A stretch of 59,435 nucleotides of DNA, filler included, from 6 parts of 6 records of this genome joined end to end with filler, not necessarily neighbours in it, one strand, 5' to 3'. Positions 18,732 to 30,760 are shown, counted from the whole stretch's first letter. Notes: a model not told the origin generated them from the sequence alone. Translations and numbers: made by a program.

Positions 18732-21656
18732 TTAGATCCCCTTGTTATGGACCTGTCTTCGACATTGTAGCCAGAGCTTGAGCGCAAGGCTTTCCGCTGC
18801 ACTTACAGTGGGCAAATCTTGGAGAGGAAAGTTAAGTACTCTTGGCGGAGTATCGGAAACGTCCTGGTGTCGTTCGCGAACTGAGACGAATACCCGTCGC
18901 GTGATCGCGCAAAGACAGACGCACGCCACCGGCCTTCCACCACTGACATCAGAGAGATAAATTGCGCATGCTTCATCTCCGTTACGTTCTAGCTGAAACA
19001 CGCACGCGAATTTTTCGATCAGTATTCGCACGGGGAGATTAGACCCGTGTCGTTCTTGGTGAGAAGGTCGTTGGAGTTGCTGCCCGCTGCTGTGCAGCGT
19101 TTCGCAAGCAAGCGCAAGCACGTTGCATATTTCCGCATCCACGTTAGCCGCGTCTATGTCAGCAATGTCCCCTTGCTTATTCAGTATATGTAAAGTGAAC
19201 GGTCTACAAGTGTCTACGTGCAGCGAGGCATATGCAGCCAGCTTGCTTTTTTCGCTGAGGCCCCTATCACGCAAGTGAATGCTTGCACGGCCGTTCGGAA
19301 ACCAGCACACCAAGTCGCCATTTTTTGTCACCGCTGCGCCCGCGGACTGCTGCGCTGCTACAAGGCAGGATAGCTCTTTCATAAGCGCACGATACGCTTC
19401 AATTGCGGAATTGTACGCAATGGTGTCGATGGTGCTCGAAACCTCACGGGATTCCCTTACAGCTCGGTTGACCAGCGGGCGTGGACCTGTTTCGCTCCCG
19501 CCGAAGAGAGTGTCGATTTCCCGCGAAACATGCGCACTTGCGCGCTCTGGGTGTGCGCGACGATGATAACGCTGTACCACAGACACCGGTGACTCGGGCA
19601 AGACACCTTGCTGATCTTTGACACAGCAATCAGGCTTCGCGAAAACTCTTGTGCCATCAAATTCTTGAGACGACACCAGCATTGTGCTCTGCTGCGAGCT
19701 ACACGAGCCGCCGGTACGTTCCCAAAGAAGAGCACTTGAGCTCCTTTCATCCCCAAATGCGTTCGCCGCCGCGTCCGTGCAGCTGTGCAAACAGATCCCG
19801 GAACTGGCGTCAGATTGCACACAGAAAGGATCTGTCTGAATCGCGATATCGGAAGATGTTCGCACGTTGATCTCGCTCTCGCAGCGGCACGAGGCTTGGC
19901 ACTGATCAAGCTTGAAAGTCCCCTCGGCGTGCGACGGCGAGCGCATAGCACTGCTTCGCACATAACCGGATCGCGGAGAGCAGAAGGGATGCTGCTGCAC
20001 TCTCCGGGCTGATATCCTATCTTTCGGCTCAACAACAAGAAGTTTCCTAATCAGATCCTCGGCATCAGCAGGGATGCGCTCACTCTCGGGTAGCTCGTAC
20101 TGGCCGCGAACTGAGCGGACAATGGTCCGCTGGGGAGTGTCGTCGTGAAACGGCGACTGGCCCACAAGGAGCGTGAACAGAACGACCCCAAGTCCCCACA
20201 AGTCACACGCTACACCGTGTCCGCTTCCCCGTGCAATTTCTGGAGCAATAAAGTCTGGTGTTCCGCAAAACGTTGCGTGTTCTTGACAGTGTCGACTACG
20301 CGAGCTGCACCGGGCAGCAAGCCCGAAGTCCGCAAGCATTGCATTTCCGCTACTGTCCAGCAGGATATTCGAAAGTTTCAGGTCACGGTGCGCTATGCCG
20401 TGATCATGTAGATAGGCTATGGCATCGACTACCTGCATAAACACGCTGCGAGCCTTATCCAAAGGCAGGTGACCTGCGTGCAGAGAAACAAAAGCAAGCG
20501 AATAGAACGACTGGTGAGGAATGAACTGACCGAGATTCGAACGGGAGGTAATCGCGCAGGAGTGCTCTGCCTCGCCGGCGATTGCGCAGGAACGCGAGCT
20601 CTTGCACGCGAGAACATGGTCGACGAACGGTGCTTGTCGCGCATTTCAAATACATGTGCAATTGAAACTTGTTATTCTCCCTTATTTAGTGGCTGAGCAA
20701 CCGGTATGTGCTTTGCCGAATATCGCGCACGGTGAAGTTGTTTTTCGGAAGAGCGAAAAGGGGCGAAAGAGGAAGACCCGGAGACACATTTTGCGAAACA
20801 AGCGCGAACTCGGCTCCAACCCATTGGCTTACAGGGAGGTCCTACTACACTCGCATATCGCAGGAGGTCGGAAAGGAATTTTCCTGTTTCCAGCATTCGA
20901 CAATTTGCAAAGCCTTCCATCCTAACCTCGGATTTGCGCTTCGTTTGCAGCTACTTTCGAAAGATTAACGCGCTCATTATCCCAGCGGCGAGAAAAGAGA
21001 GGGGTGGTGCGCAGCATTCAGGCGTGCTTCCCTAGTTGCAGCGCGTCGCTCCACGAAAATGCGCACGATACCTTTGCTCTGGCACCACAGCGAAAACACC
21101 GTCATCTGGGCAATAGAAATGACGTTTCCATACTGCTCTTTCTCTGCGATTCAAAAGCACATGCCCCTTTGTCTCCCCCTCCCCTGTCTGCCTGCATTTC
21201 TACTTCGCTGCGCGTTCCGTGGAGTCAGTATGGAAGTGCGCGGGTGCACCGCCGCAGGTATACTGCTTCCTTTTGAAAGGGCACTCGAAGCCCCTCCGGG
21301 AAGCACCGACCCCACGTTCGCTCCACAGACGCCAAAAGGTCCGCGCAAACAAAGCACGTGGGCGAACCTTTCCGCTGCACTTGCGAGATAAGAGTTCCTC
21401 CCGTGCAAGCCTCTAGCACCAGCACAATATGCGTAGGTGTCTCGAAGAATCCCCTCGCTCCAACAATATTGGGATGGTGAAGTTGCATGTGTACGTCGAT
21501 TTCATTGAACACTCTGTCCAGCAGCCCTTCGCGGTGAATCTTCTCCTTTGCAATCATCTTGAGCGCCACGTGGCGCGTTTCCGTGCTGCGTGTGTCGTGC
21601 GCGAGGAAAACATCGCTGAACGCTCCCTTGCCAAGAGGACGAACAATCCTGAACCT
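18732..21656 (-). CDS. PLK4: Polo-like kinase 4 (PLK4/SAK)-like Ser/Thr kinase; exons 21368-21656 and 18732-20473, first exon missing
   Basis: Phase-1 GT-AG intron 20474-21367 joins LGKGAF, VALKMIAK, RVFNEIDVHMQLHHPNI, LVLEAC to HRDLKLSNILL, DFGLA, H.TFCGTPDFIAPEIA...HG...DLWGLG..LFTLLVG.SPF, close to PLK4 kinase motifs. Confidence 0.8.
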
Positions 21657-21704
21657 CTGCAATAAAGGAACAGAAGCCAAAGACCAAGGGCATGTACGTC
21701 GAAA

Positions 21705-21804
21705 NNNNNNNNNNNNNNNNNNNNNNNNNNNNNNNNNNNNNNNNNNNNTTAATTAATTAANNNNNNNNNNNNNNNNNNNNNNNNNNNNNNNNNNNNNNNN
21801 NNNN
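21705..21804. other. Artificial contig linker
   Basis: N44-TTAATTAATTAA-N44. Confidence 0.99.
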
Positions 21805-23910
21805 CACACCCATTTTGGACATCTTGCGATAACGCTCTTCCATCTCGCCGACAGTCCACTTCAAGGCAACAACCGCCTTTTTGGGATCCGTCACAACGGG
21901 GGACAGCAGATGCGGAATGCCGTCATAGACTGACAGTTCCAACATCTTGGGGTCGATCATGATCAGGCGACATTCTTCCGGCGTCAGCTTGTAAAGCAGG
22001 CTCAGGATCATCGTGTTAATCGCCACGGATTTACCAGAACCTGTGGTCCCCGCAATCAGCAGGTGGGGCATCTTGGCAAGGTTGGCGACCACAGGATCAC
22101 CGCCGATATCCTTGCCCAAGGCAAGCGGCAGACGTTGGTTACCATCGCCGAAATCACGTGAGGACAGGATTTCGCGCAGGACAACCTTTTCGCGGTTTTC
22201 ATTGGGCAATTCAATGCCAATGACCGAACGTCCCGGCACGGTAGAAACACGCGCCGAGAGCGCCGCCATGGAACGCGCAATGTCATCCGCCAGACCAATC
22301 ACGCGGCTGGCCTTAAGACCCGGTGCCGGTTCCAGTTCGTACATGGTGACCACAGGGCCGGGCCGCACGGCGACGATTTCACCCTTCACGCCATAGTCAT
22401 CCAGCACGCTTTCCAGCATCCGTGCATTTTCTTCCAGCGCTTCGTCGGACAGGTGCAGGCGCTGCACATCTTCTGGGTTTTCCAACAAGTTTAGTGGCGG
22501 CAGTTCGAAACCGGGATGGGTATCCTCAAAGCTGAGCGCGGGCTGTGCCTCTGCGATGGCCTGTTTGGAGGGGGGCGTTGGTTTGCGGGTTGGTTGCTGC
22601 ACAACCTTACGCGGTTCCGCAACTGGGATCGGGGGCACCACGGGTGCCGGTGCCTCCTGAAGTGGCAAGGGCTCCACCACAGGTTCGGCCGCTTCCGGTG
22701 CCGGCGCTGCAACAGGCATCGGAGCCACAGGAATTGGGGCTGACGGGGCCACAGTGTTGATCGACAGACGCGGCTCAACCCGTGGGGCTGGCGCGGTCAG
22801 GGGCGGTTCCGGTGGCAGTTGGCTACGTGGTGTGGTGTCGAGCAACAATGCATCCGGGCCGCGACCGCGCCCTTTGGTCAGGGGGGCGGTGACCGGCGTA
22901 TGCACAGCCGTGGCAGTGCGCACGCGGTTCTTGATCACATTGGCAATTTTCGACTTGATACGCTCTTCGCCGGGGGCCTCTTCAACAACGGCTTCGCTAT
23001 AGGTTTCAACCAGTTCCGGTTCCGGCATGGCATCAGGGCGTTTGATCAGCCCGGGCATGCGGGCCAGCAAACCGGTTTTGGCCTCTGGCGCTTCGGCAGT
23101 GAAAACAGGTTCGGGGGATACTTCTGGCGCAGGCGGCGCGTTATATGCCGGTTGGTTGGCCTGCCACTCGGCAAGCTCTTCAGCCTCAAGCCGACGCTGC
23201 TCACGACGCTCTGACTGGCGCGCCTGTAGGGTCTGTGCAGCATGAACGGCACCGCTGGCACCGCGTCCGATCAGGTTCATGAACATCGCGTAGGCCATGA
23301 TCACCCCCACCAAAAGGAAGCGCGCCAGACGCTGCAATTCAACCTTGGTGAACCCCAAGACAAACGCGCCAAGCGCTAGGATCGCTACGCCCATCAACAG
23401 CGACATCAGCTTGACCGTGAAAGAAGATCCAATCGGCAGGATCGTCAGGATCGCGCCCATGACGGTATCGCCAAAAAGCCCGCCCAAACCAAAGCTATGG
23501 GTTTGCAGCCATTCCGGCCCCGGTGCCAGGGTTGCCGCATAGATCGCGCCCAAAGCCACCGCAATCGGGGCAAAGATCAACCGGCCGACCGCGCGATCCT
23601 GCCCCCGGTGCAGTGCAAAACGTACCCCCCAGAACAACAGCACAATCGCCACGCCCCAAGCGCCCCAACCCACAATCATGAACAAAGGTGCCGCAATGGA
23701 AGCACCCATCCGGCCCATCCAGTTTTGCACCGGCGCATCGGTGGACACCATCCAGTTGGGATCATCCGGCGTGTAACTCAGGATCATCATCGCCGCCATG
23801 ACGCCCAGCAGGATCAGCACCAGCCCCAGCAATTCCTTGCCACGTTTTTCGATGGCTTCTGCCATATTGCTGTCCAGCAATGGATCGCGTCCGCGTGTCT
23901 GATAAGCCAT
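21805..23910 (-). CDS. ftsK: DNA translocase FtsK (3' end cut by contig end)
   Basis: N-terminal TM domain (SYTPDDP..NWMG..GA), Pro-rich linker, GPVVTMYEL.PAPG.K.SR, MPHLLIAGTTGSGKSV, MIDPKMLELS.Y. Confidence 0.96.
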
Positions 23911-23926
23911 GCTTCGTCCCTCGTTC

Positions 23927-25111
23927 TTAATCGGCATAGAGACAATCGCGGATCAATTGCAGCCCGCGCTCTGTCTCTTCCTTGGGGGCCACAAGCGCCA
24001 CCCGTATATACTTGTTACCGGGGTTCTCCCCGTCCGTGTCTTGGGCCAGATAGCCTCCCGGCAATACTTTCACGCCGGTTTCGCGCCACAGCTTCACGGC
24101 TGCGTCTTCGTCATTTTCCACCGGCAACCACAGGAAGAATCCGGCCTCGGGGCTGACATATCCGGCCACATTGCCAAAGATGCGATCCGCCGTGTCGAAT
24201 TTTTCCTGATAGAGGGCGCGGTTCTCAATCACATGTGCCTCATCGTTCCACGCGGCAGCAGCGGCCTGCTGCAAGGGCAGCGGCAAAGGCGCGCCCGCAT
24301 AGTTTCGCAGCTGCTTGATCTCGCGCATGGTATCCGGACCAGAGGCGGCAAAGCCTGACCGCAGCCCCGGCAGGTTTGATCGTTTGCTCAGTGAATGGAA
24401 CATCACAATCCGGTTGCGGTCCGCACCCAGTTCATCAGCCACCTGCATCGCACCAACTGGCGGTATGTCGCGGTAGATTTCGGAATAACATTCATCCGCG
24501 AAAATCTTGAAATCGTATTTTTCAGCCAGCGCAATCAGCGCCGTCCAATAGGCCCGGTCCGCCACCGCGCCCTGTGGGTTGGCAGGCGAACAGATATAGG
24601 CCGCCGTGGTGCGTTTCAGCGTCTCTTCCGGCACTGTGCTGAAATCAGGCAGATGGCCGGTTTCACGGGTCGCGTTCACCATCACCGGATCAGAGGCACC
24701 GGAAATAGCGCCAATCATATAGACTTGGTAAAACGGGTTCGGCATCAGGATCGCCGGTTTTTGCCCGTTCTTGGTTTCAGGACACAGCGCAACAACTGCG
24801 TTATACAACCCTTCACGGGTGCCGTTCAGCGCCATCACTTCGGTGTCGCCGCTCATTTCGATGCCATAACGCTGTTTGATCCAACCGGCGATGGCGGCCT
24901 TGAGTTCGGGAGAGCCGTCATTGGGTGGATAGCTGTTAAATCCGGCAGCGTTTTCAGTGATCACATCAGTGATCCACGCCGGAAACGCATGTTTCGGCTC
25001 GCCTATGGTCATTTGGATCAGGGGGCCACCACCCTTATGCACGTCCAGAAGGGCGCGCAGGCGCGGCCACACATGAGCCGGAAGGTTCGAAAACCGCTCT
25101 GGGTAAAACAT
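23927..25111 (-). CDS. Class I/II PLP aminotransferase (DapC-like)
   Basis: IGEPKH, NGTREGL, PNPFYQVY, CSPANPQG, DECYSEIY, SLSKRSNLPGLRSGF. Confidence 0.9.
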   Translation of the reverse strand: MFYPERFSNLPAHVWPRLRALLDVHKGGGPLIQMTIGEPKHAFPAWITDVITENAAGFNSYPPNDGSPELKAAIAGWIKQRYGIEMSGDTEVMALNGTREGLYNAVVALCPETKNGQKPAILMPNPFYQVYMIGAISGASDPVMVNATRETGHLPDFSTVPEETLKRTTAAYICSPANPQGAVADRAYWTALIALAEKYDFKIFADECYSEIYRDIPPVGAMQVADELGADRNRIVMFHSLSKRSNLPGLRSGFAASGPDTMREIKQLRNYAGAPLPLPLQQAAAAAWNDEAHVIENRALYQEKFDTADRIFGNVAGYVSPEAGFFLWLPVENDEDAAVKLWRETGVKVLPGGYLAQDTDGENPGNKYIRVALVAPKEETERGLQLIRDCLYAD

Positions 25112-25229
25112 CTACAACTGCCTCGGTTCGGGATCATTGGCGCCCCGTTACTTCCAAAGTACCGAAGCCCCCGCGCCCCGTCCAGAAAAACCGGACTGCT
25201 CCCAAGGGGTTGTGGCATTTAGGCCAAAG

Positions 25230-26558
25230 TCAGCGCAGCGCCTCTTCGACGGCTGCGCCCAATCTGAGCAGCAGTTCTTCCATATCTGGTGGGCAGGACA
25301 GCATCAAACCACAAGAAGCCGTGTCTGAGGGCAGGGTAAGGCTGCTAAGCCCCATAAGATTACCAACACGCGTGTTGCGCAGCGCCAACAGGTTTTCGGA
25401 AAGATAATAGTCATGATCTTCCTCAAGCCTTGCCAAATTCGGCGGCAGGGTCGGTGCCGTTGGGGACAGCACCGCATCAAATCCGCTGACCGCTGCGTCA
25501 TATCCCGCGCGCAAAGCGTCCAACTTGGCACAGGCAGCGATGTAATCAGCACCAGAATGCCCCCCGCCCAGACGAAAACGCATCAGGATCTCGTGGTACA
25601 TGGCATCCGGGTTGGCCTCGATCACATCGCGCCATAACCCGTAAGCCTCTGTTGTGTATAGGCAACCGGAAAGCTCCATAGCTTCTGCGACTTCCGGCAC
25701 CTCGATTTCCTCAATCACTGCCCCTGCCGCACGCAGCTTGCCCAATGCAGCGTCAAAACCCGCGTGCGGGGCGTCACGTAGATCGTCCATCACAACGGTT
25801 TTCAACACCGCAAACCGTCGCCCTTCCAGACCGGCATTGCGCAAATCCGCAGCCGCAGTACCCTCAAGCGCGGCCAGCAACAGACCTGCATCCTCGACCG
25901 AGCGGCACAGCGGGCCAATTGTGTCGAACTTCATCGCTAATGGTACAACCCCTTCAAGGGTCAAACGCCCGGATGTGGTTTTCAGCCCCACCAGATCATT
26001 CCACGCCGCCGGTATACGCACAGAACCGCCAGTGTCTGATCCAATCGCCGCCGCCGCCAGATGAAACGCCACCGAAGCCGCTGCGCCTGAGGAGGATCCC
26101 CCCGAAACCGCATCCGCATCATTTACACAGGGTGGTGTGGCGGTGCTGGGGTTATGGCCAAGGCCGGAAAACGCCAGTTCGCTCATGTGGGTTTTGCCCA
26201 GACAGACCAGACCGGCAGCTGTGGCATTGGCCAGCACAACCGCATCGCGTTCCGGGACGCGCCCTTCCAGCAGTTTCGATCCCGCCTCGGTCGCTGTGCC
26301 AGCCGTATCAAACAGGTCTTTCCACGAAATCGGCACCCCATCCAAGGGCGACAGCCGGTGTCCGGTTGCGGCACGCTCCGCCGAGGCCGCCGCCTCGGCC
26401 AACGCCCGCTCGGCGGTGACCCGTGCGTAGATACGATCCCGCAGGGGGTGGGCGTCAATCGCGTCCAGATAGGTTTGGGTCAGGGCAACCGGATCAATCT
26501 CACCGGCGCCAATCCCACGTCCCAAATCCGCAGCGGTCATTGTCAGCCAATCTTGCAC
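25230..26558 (-). CDS. Amidase signature family protein
   Basis: GVPISWKDLFD, GGSSSGAAASVA, GSDTGGSVRIPA; GTG start at 26558 inferred. Confidence 0.92.
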   Translation of the reverse strand: MQDWLTMTAADLGRGIGAGEIDPVALTQTYLDAIDAHPLRDRIYARVTAERALAEAAASAERAATGHRLSPLDGVPISWKDLFDTAGTATEAGSKLLEGRVPERDAVVLANATAAGLVCLGKTHMSELAFSGLGHNPSTATPPCVNDADAVSGGSSSGAAASVAFHLAAAAIGSDTGGSVRIPAAWNDLVGLKTTSGRLTLEGVVPLAMKFDTIGPLCRSVEDAGLLLAALEGTAAADLRNAGLEGRRFAVLKTVVMDDLRDAPHAGFDAALGKLRAAGAVIEEIEVPEVAEAMELSGCLYTTEAYGLWRDVIEANPDAMYHEILMRFRLGGGHSGADYIAACAKLDALRAGYDAAVSGFDAVLSPTAPTLPPNLARLEEDHDYYLSENLLALRNTRVGNLMGLSSLTLPSDTASCGLMLSCPPDMEELLLRLGAAVEEALR

Positions 26559-26644
26559 GGCACGTCCCCTTTTCCTGATTTTACGCGAAGGTAGCGACGC
26601 TTGCGCACATGGACAATCCCCGGCGGCCCGCCATATTGAGCAGT

Positions 26645-27871
26645 ATGGATTTTGACACAGATATCGCAATCATCGGCGGCGGGCTGAACGGCGCGACGCT
26701 TGCCTTGGCTTTGGCGCAGGCAGGACAACGGGTGAGCTTGATCGATGCCCAGCGGGCAACGGTTTGGGAAGACCTTGAATTTGACGGGCGGTCTTATGCT
26801 CTTGCGCTGACCTCGACCCGGCTGCTGGAGGCGGTTGGCGTTTGGGCAGATGTGGTGCAAAACGCACAGCCCATGCTGGAGATCAAGGTGACAGACGGGC
26901 GGGCCGGTGAAGGCCCCTCCCCGATGTTCATGCATTTCAACCACGCCGAAATCGAAGAGGGGCCGATGGGGTTCATGATAGAGGACCGGTATTTGCGGCA
27001 GGCCCTGCAAGCCGCTGTATCAGCAAGCAAGGCAATTACGTTGCTGGATGGTGAAACCGTTGTGTCACAGGATACGGATGTGTCCGGCATCTCGCTGACG
27101 CTGGCCTCCGGCAAAACACTGCGGGCACGGCTGGCGATCGGGGCCGATGGGCGCAACACCGGCACGGGTGAACGCGCCGGGATCAAGCGGATCGGCTGGA
27201 GCTATGGTCAGACGGCGTTGGTCTGTGCAATCGAACACAGCCTGCCACATGATGGTGTTGCGCATCAGTTCTTTATGCCGCCGGGGCCGCTGGCGATCCT
27301 GCCTTTGACCGGCAATCGCTCCTCCATCGTGTGGAGCGAGACCGATGTGAACGCCAAGGCAATTCACGCGCTTTCGGATGACGCCTATCTTGACGTGCTA
27401 CGCCCCCGTTTCGGCAGTTTTCTGGGTGAGGTGGCGCTGGCCGATAAACGCTACTGCTATCCGCTGGGTCTGTCGCTGGCACATGAGATGGTCGCGCCAC
27501 GTGTTGCTTTGGTGGGCGATGCGGCCCACGGCGTGCATCCGATTGCAGGCCAGGGCCTGAACGCAGGGTTGCGTGACATTGCCGCTTTGGCAGAGGTCAT
27601 CGCGGATGCCGCGCGGCGCGGCGAAGACATCGGGTCGGACGCGGCGCTGGCCCGCTATCAGGAATGGCGGCGGTTTGACAACACCACATTGGCGCTGGCC
27701 ACTGACAGCTTTAACCGGTTGTTTTCGAATGATAACCCGCTGGTGCGCATGGCGCGTGATATCGGCATGGCCGCAGTTAACGCCCTGCCCGGCCTGCGCC
27801 GCGGGTTCATCCGGGAGGCGGCAGGGCTGACCGGCGATCTACCACGGTTGATGCAAGGCAGACCGCTTTAA
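26645..27871 (+). CDS. UbiH/VisC-family FAD-dependent hydroxylase (ubiquinone biosynthesis)
   Basis: IIGGGLNG Rossmann motif, [28 protein letters not shown]. Confidence 0.92.
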   Translation: MDFDTDIAIIGGGLNGATLALALAQAGQRVSLIDAQRATVWEDLEFDGRSYALALTSTRLLEAVGVWADVVQNAQPMLEIKVTDGRAGEGPSPMFMHFNHAEIEEGPMGFMIEDRYLRQALQAAVSASKAITLLDGETVVSQDTDVSGISLTLASGKTLRARLAIGADGRNTGTGERAGIKRIGWSYGQTALVCAIEHSLPHDGVAHQFFMPPGPLAILPLTGNRSSIVWSETDVNAKAIHALSDDAYLDVLRPRFGSFLGEVALADKRYCYPLGLSLAHEMVAPRVALVGDAAHGVHPIAGQGLNAGLRDIAALAEVIADAARRGEDIGSDAALARYQEWRRFDNTTLALATDSFNRLFSNDNPLVRMARDIGMAAVNALPGLRRGFIREAAGLTGDLPRLMQGRPL

Positions 27872-28053
27872 TCCAGCACCCGCGCTTCGTCGATCAGCAT
27901 CACGGGAATGCCGTTGCGGATCGGATAGGCAAGCCCGGCGGTTTTCGACACCAGCTCCTGACGCTCGCCATCGTAGCTCAGCGTGGTCTGGCTGCGCGGG
28001 CAAATCAGCGCATCCAACATGCGACGGTCAAATTTGACAGTTGTGTCAGTCAT
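27868..28053 (-). CDS. Trm112/YcaR family protein
   Basis: LICP......L.YD....ELVS....[17 protein letters not shown]. Confidence 0.92.
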   Translation of the reverse strand: MTDTTVKFDRRMLDALICPRSQTTLSYDGERQELVSKTAGLAYPIRNGIPVMLIDEARVLD

Positions 28054-28694
28054 TGCATAAATCCTTCGTCCAGCCCGCCGCGCAGCGAAAATTCAATCAG
28101 TGTGATCAGGGTCTCGCGCCGGGTCTCAAGCGAAGGGGCCTCAAGCAACGCCTGTTTCCCTTCCTGATCAAGATCCAGCATCATCGACAGCGAGTTGATC
28201 AACAATTCGTCGTCGGCCTCTTTCATCGTGTCCCAATCCGCCGAGAGCCCCTGCGCGTCGAAATAACGGCCCAGCAGATCTAGAAAAGCCTCGCGTTGGA
28301 AACCGGCATCTTGTTCATCACTGCCAAGATCACGTTCAAATCCATCCCAGCAGACGTCGCATTTGCGGTAAGGGCTGAACCCTTCGACTTCACTCACAAC
28401 ACGAAACCGCGACATGCCACCCAAGGTGATCATATAGCGCCCGTCTTCCGTTTCGGAAAACTGGGTAATGCGACCGGCACAGCCGATGGTTTGCAAGCCG
28501 GTTCCCTTGCGCGCTGAAGTTTCATTCGGTTGGATCATGCCGATCAACCGCTCATCGGTCTTTAGCGCGTCTTCGATCATCTGAAGGTAGCGCGGCTCAA
28601 AGATATGCAGCGGCAACCTTGCGCGGGGCAGCAACAATGCACCGCCCAGCGGGAAGATCGATATGGTATCCGGTAGGTCAGTGTTCTTGTTCAT
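28050..28694 (-). CDS. LON peptidase substrate-binding (LON N) domain protein
   Basis: [29 protein letters not shown]...ETEDGRY. Confidence 0.92.
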   Translation of the reverse strand: MNKNTDLPDTISIFPLGGALLLPRARLPLHIFEPRYLQMIEDALKTDERLIGMIQPNETSARKGTGLQTIGCAGRITQFSETEDGRYMITLGGMSRFRVVSEVEGFSPYRKCDVCWDGFERDLGSDEQDAGFQREAFLDLLGRYFDAQGLSADWDTMKEADDELLINSLSMMLDLDQEGKQALLEAPSLETRRETLITLIEFSLRGGLDEGFMQ

Positions 28695-28721
28695 ACCAAA
28701 GGATCTAGCGCGGGGCACACA

Positions 28722-29633
28722 TCAGGCAAATATCAAAGAGCTAAGCTTGCGCCGACCGTTCAAAACCACCGGATCTTCCGGCTTGAGCGCGTCAAAGATC
28801 GTGAACAACTGGGTCTTCGCCGCCCCGTCATTCCACTCCCGATCCCGCCGAAACAGTTCCAGCAGATGATCAACCGCGCCCTGTGCATCCGCATTGGCAT
28901 AAAGCGCCTGCGCCAGATCAAACCGCGCTTGCAGATCGTCGGGTGCCGCTTCAACGGCGGCGGTCAGGTCGGCCACCGGTCCGGCGTCCGCCGCCTGTCG
29001 CGCCAGTTGCAACTGGGCATGGGCCGCTTCCAGTTCAGGTGCCTTGGAAATCTCAATCGGGGCACCGTTCAACAGGGCCTCTGCCTGATCCAGCTCCCCC
29101 ATCGCGATAAGGGCGCGAACCTGCCCACCGTAGGCTTTGGCATTGTTGGGGTCTTCGCCCAACACGGCAGCAAAGGTCTGCGCTGCATCTTCAGCCGCAC
29201 CTTCGCCCAGCATTTCCTCTGCCGCATCAATCGCCGCGTCCAGCCCATCGTCAGGCGCTTCACCGCCAGAGGCTTTGATCACCCGGTCAATGAAATCCTT
29301 GATCTCTGACGGGGGCACCGCACCTTGGAAACCGTCAATCGGCTGGCCTTTGAAAAAGGCATAGACGGTTGGCAAGGACTGGATTTGCAGCTGTCCCATG
29401 ATCATCTGCGCCTCGTCGGCGTTGACCTTGACCATTTTGACCGCACCTTTGGCGGCTTTCACAGCTTCTTCCAACTGTGGGCCAAGCGTTTTGCACGGGC
29501 CGCACCAAGGGGCCCAGAAATCAACGATGACCGGGGTATGCTGGGAGGCATCCACCACATCGGCCATAAAGCTGGCTTCGTCGCTGTCCTTGATCAGGTC
29601 GTCGTCGGTCACACCGGTTAGGTTCAGTTCCAT
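28722..29633 (-). CDS. cnoX: Thioredoxin-TPR chaperedoxin (CnoX/YbbN family)
   Basis: DFWAPWCGPCK thioredoxin domain, TPR-like helices, C-terminal GRRKLSSLIF. Confidence 0.88.
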   Translation of the reverse strand: MELNLTGVTDDDLIKDSDEASFMADVVDASQHTPVIVDFWAPWCGPCKTLGPQLEEAVKAAKGAVKMVKVNADEAQMIMGQLQIQSLPTVYAFFKGQPIDGFQGAVPPSEIKDFIDRVIKASGGEAPDDGLDAAIDAAEEMLGEGAAEDAAQTFAAVLGEDPNNAKAYGGQVRALIAMGELDQAEALLNGAPIEISKAPELEAAHAQLQLARQAADAGPVADLTAAVEAAPDDLQARFDLAQALYANADAQGAVDHLLELFRRDREWNDGAAKTQLFTIFDALKPEDPVVLNGRRKLSSLIFA

Positions 29634-29699
29634 GTCTTATTCCTCGCTTGGTCGCGTTTGAGGGTATATGGGCGCTTTGCTGCCGGAATCAAAGGCCAA

Positions 29700-30488
29700 T
29701 CAAAGATCAAACGTGGCAAAGACCGGCGCGTGGTCGCTGGGTTGTTCCCAGCCGCGCACCGCGCGGCCAATATGACTGGAGTGCGCCGCATTCGAAATGT
29801 CGGGCGTGGCCCAGATATGATCAAGCCGGCGGCCCTTGTCAGCCGCATCCCAATCGCGGGCGCGATAAGACCACCAGGAATAGAGTTTACCCTCGGGGAT
29901 GTCCTGCCGGGTGATATCAACCCATCTGCCAGCGTCCTGCGTTGCGCCAAGGGCCTCGACCTCAACAGGTGTGTGACTGACCACTTTGAGCAGTTTCTTG
30001 TGATCCCAAACATCATCTTCACGCGGGGCGATGTTCAGATCGCCAACAAGGATGGATTTCTCTGGTTTCTCTGCATGGAACCAGTCGCGCATTTCGGCGA
30101 GGTAGTCCATTTTCTGACCAAACTTTTCATTGATGGCGCGGTCGGGTTTGTCACCACCCGCAGGCACATAGAAGTTATGGATCGTGGTGCCGTTTTCCAA
30201 TTGCGCGGCAATGTGGCGGGCATGACCCAATTGCGCAAAATCCTTGTCACCTACGTCTTGCAGCGGCAATTTCGACAGGATCGCAACGCCGTTATAGCCC
30301 TTTTGCCCACGTGCGACCATGTGAGTGTAGCCAGCTGCCTTGAACCCTTCGAGGGGGATTTTCTCAACTGGGCTTTTACATTCCTGCAGACACAGTACAT
30401 CCGGCCCATGTTCGGCCAGCATCCGCAGGACAAGCGGCTCGCGCAGGCGAACCGAATTGATGTTCCAGGTGGCAAGCGTGAAAGGCAT
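29700..30488 (-). CDS. xth: Exodeoxyribonuclease III
   Basis: ATWNINSVRLR, LCLQE.K, KGYNGVAI, GDLNIAP, YSWWSYR, RLDHIW, SDHAPV. Confidence 0.94.
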   Translation of the reverse strand: MPFTLATWNINSVRLREPLVLRMLAEHGPDVLCLQECKSPVEKIPLEGFKAAGYTHMVARGQKGYNGVAILSKLPLQDVGDKDFAQLGHARHIAAQLENGTTIHNFYVPAGGDKPDRAINEKFGQKMDYLAEMRDWFHAEKPEKSILVGDLNIAPREDDVWDHKKLLKVVSHTPVEVEALGATQDAGRWVDITRQDIPEGKLYSWWSYRARDWDAADKGRRLDHIWATPDISNAAHSSHIGRAVRGWEQPSDHAPVFATFDL

Positions 30489-30611
30489 GGGGATCTCCGC
30501 AAATTGATTTAGGCGAACCTTACCGCGTGCCCGCCCCCGCCGCCACGAAGAAAGGCACGGCTGCCCAGCGAGCATGCCTGAAGCGTGGTAAAATTTGCCG
30601 TTTGATAAAAG

Positions 30612-30641
30612 AAAAAATGGCCGGACACTGAGGTCCGGCCA
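30612..30641 (-). terminator. Rho-independent terminator of the regulator/sRNA transcript
   Basis: Minus strand TGGCCGGAC-ctcagt-GTCCGGCCA-TTTTTT. Confidence 0.88.
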
Positions 30642-30760
30642 AGTTTAGCAGGCAGGTATGTGTCATTACCCGGACACAAACTTCGGGATCAATGCGGAGC
30701 GGAAACTCATGAAAAAGCGCTCCGACTGATCAACCTCGGGTCGGGAAATTGGTTCCCGAC
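30612..30760 (-). ncRNA. SorX-like 3'-UTR-derived sRNA (exact 5' end unknown)
   Basis: About 150-nt non-coding 3' region of the OmpR-family gene with several hairpins, an unpaired C-rich stretch ACACATACCTGCCTGCTAAAC and a terminator; same context as R. sphaeroides RSP_0847-SorX (recalled from literature). Confidence 0.65.
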
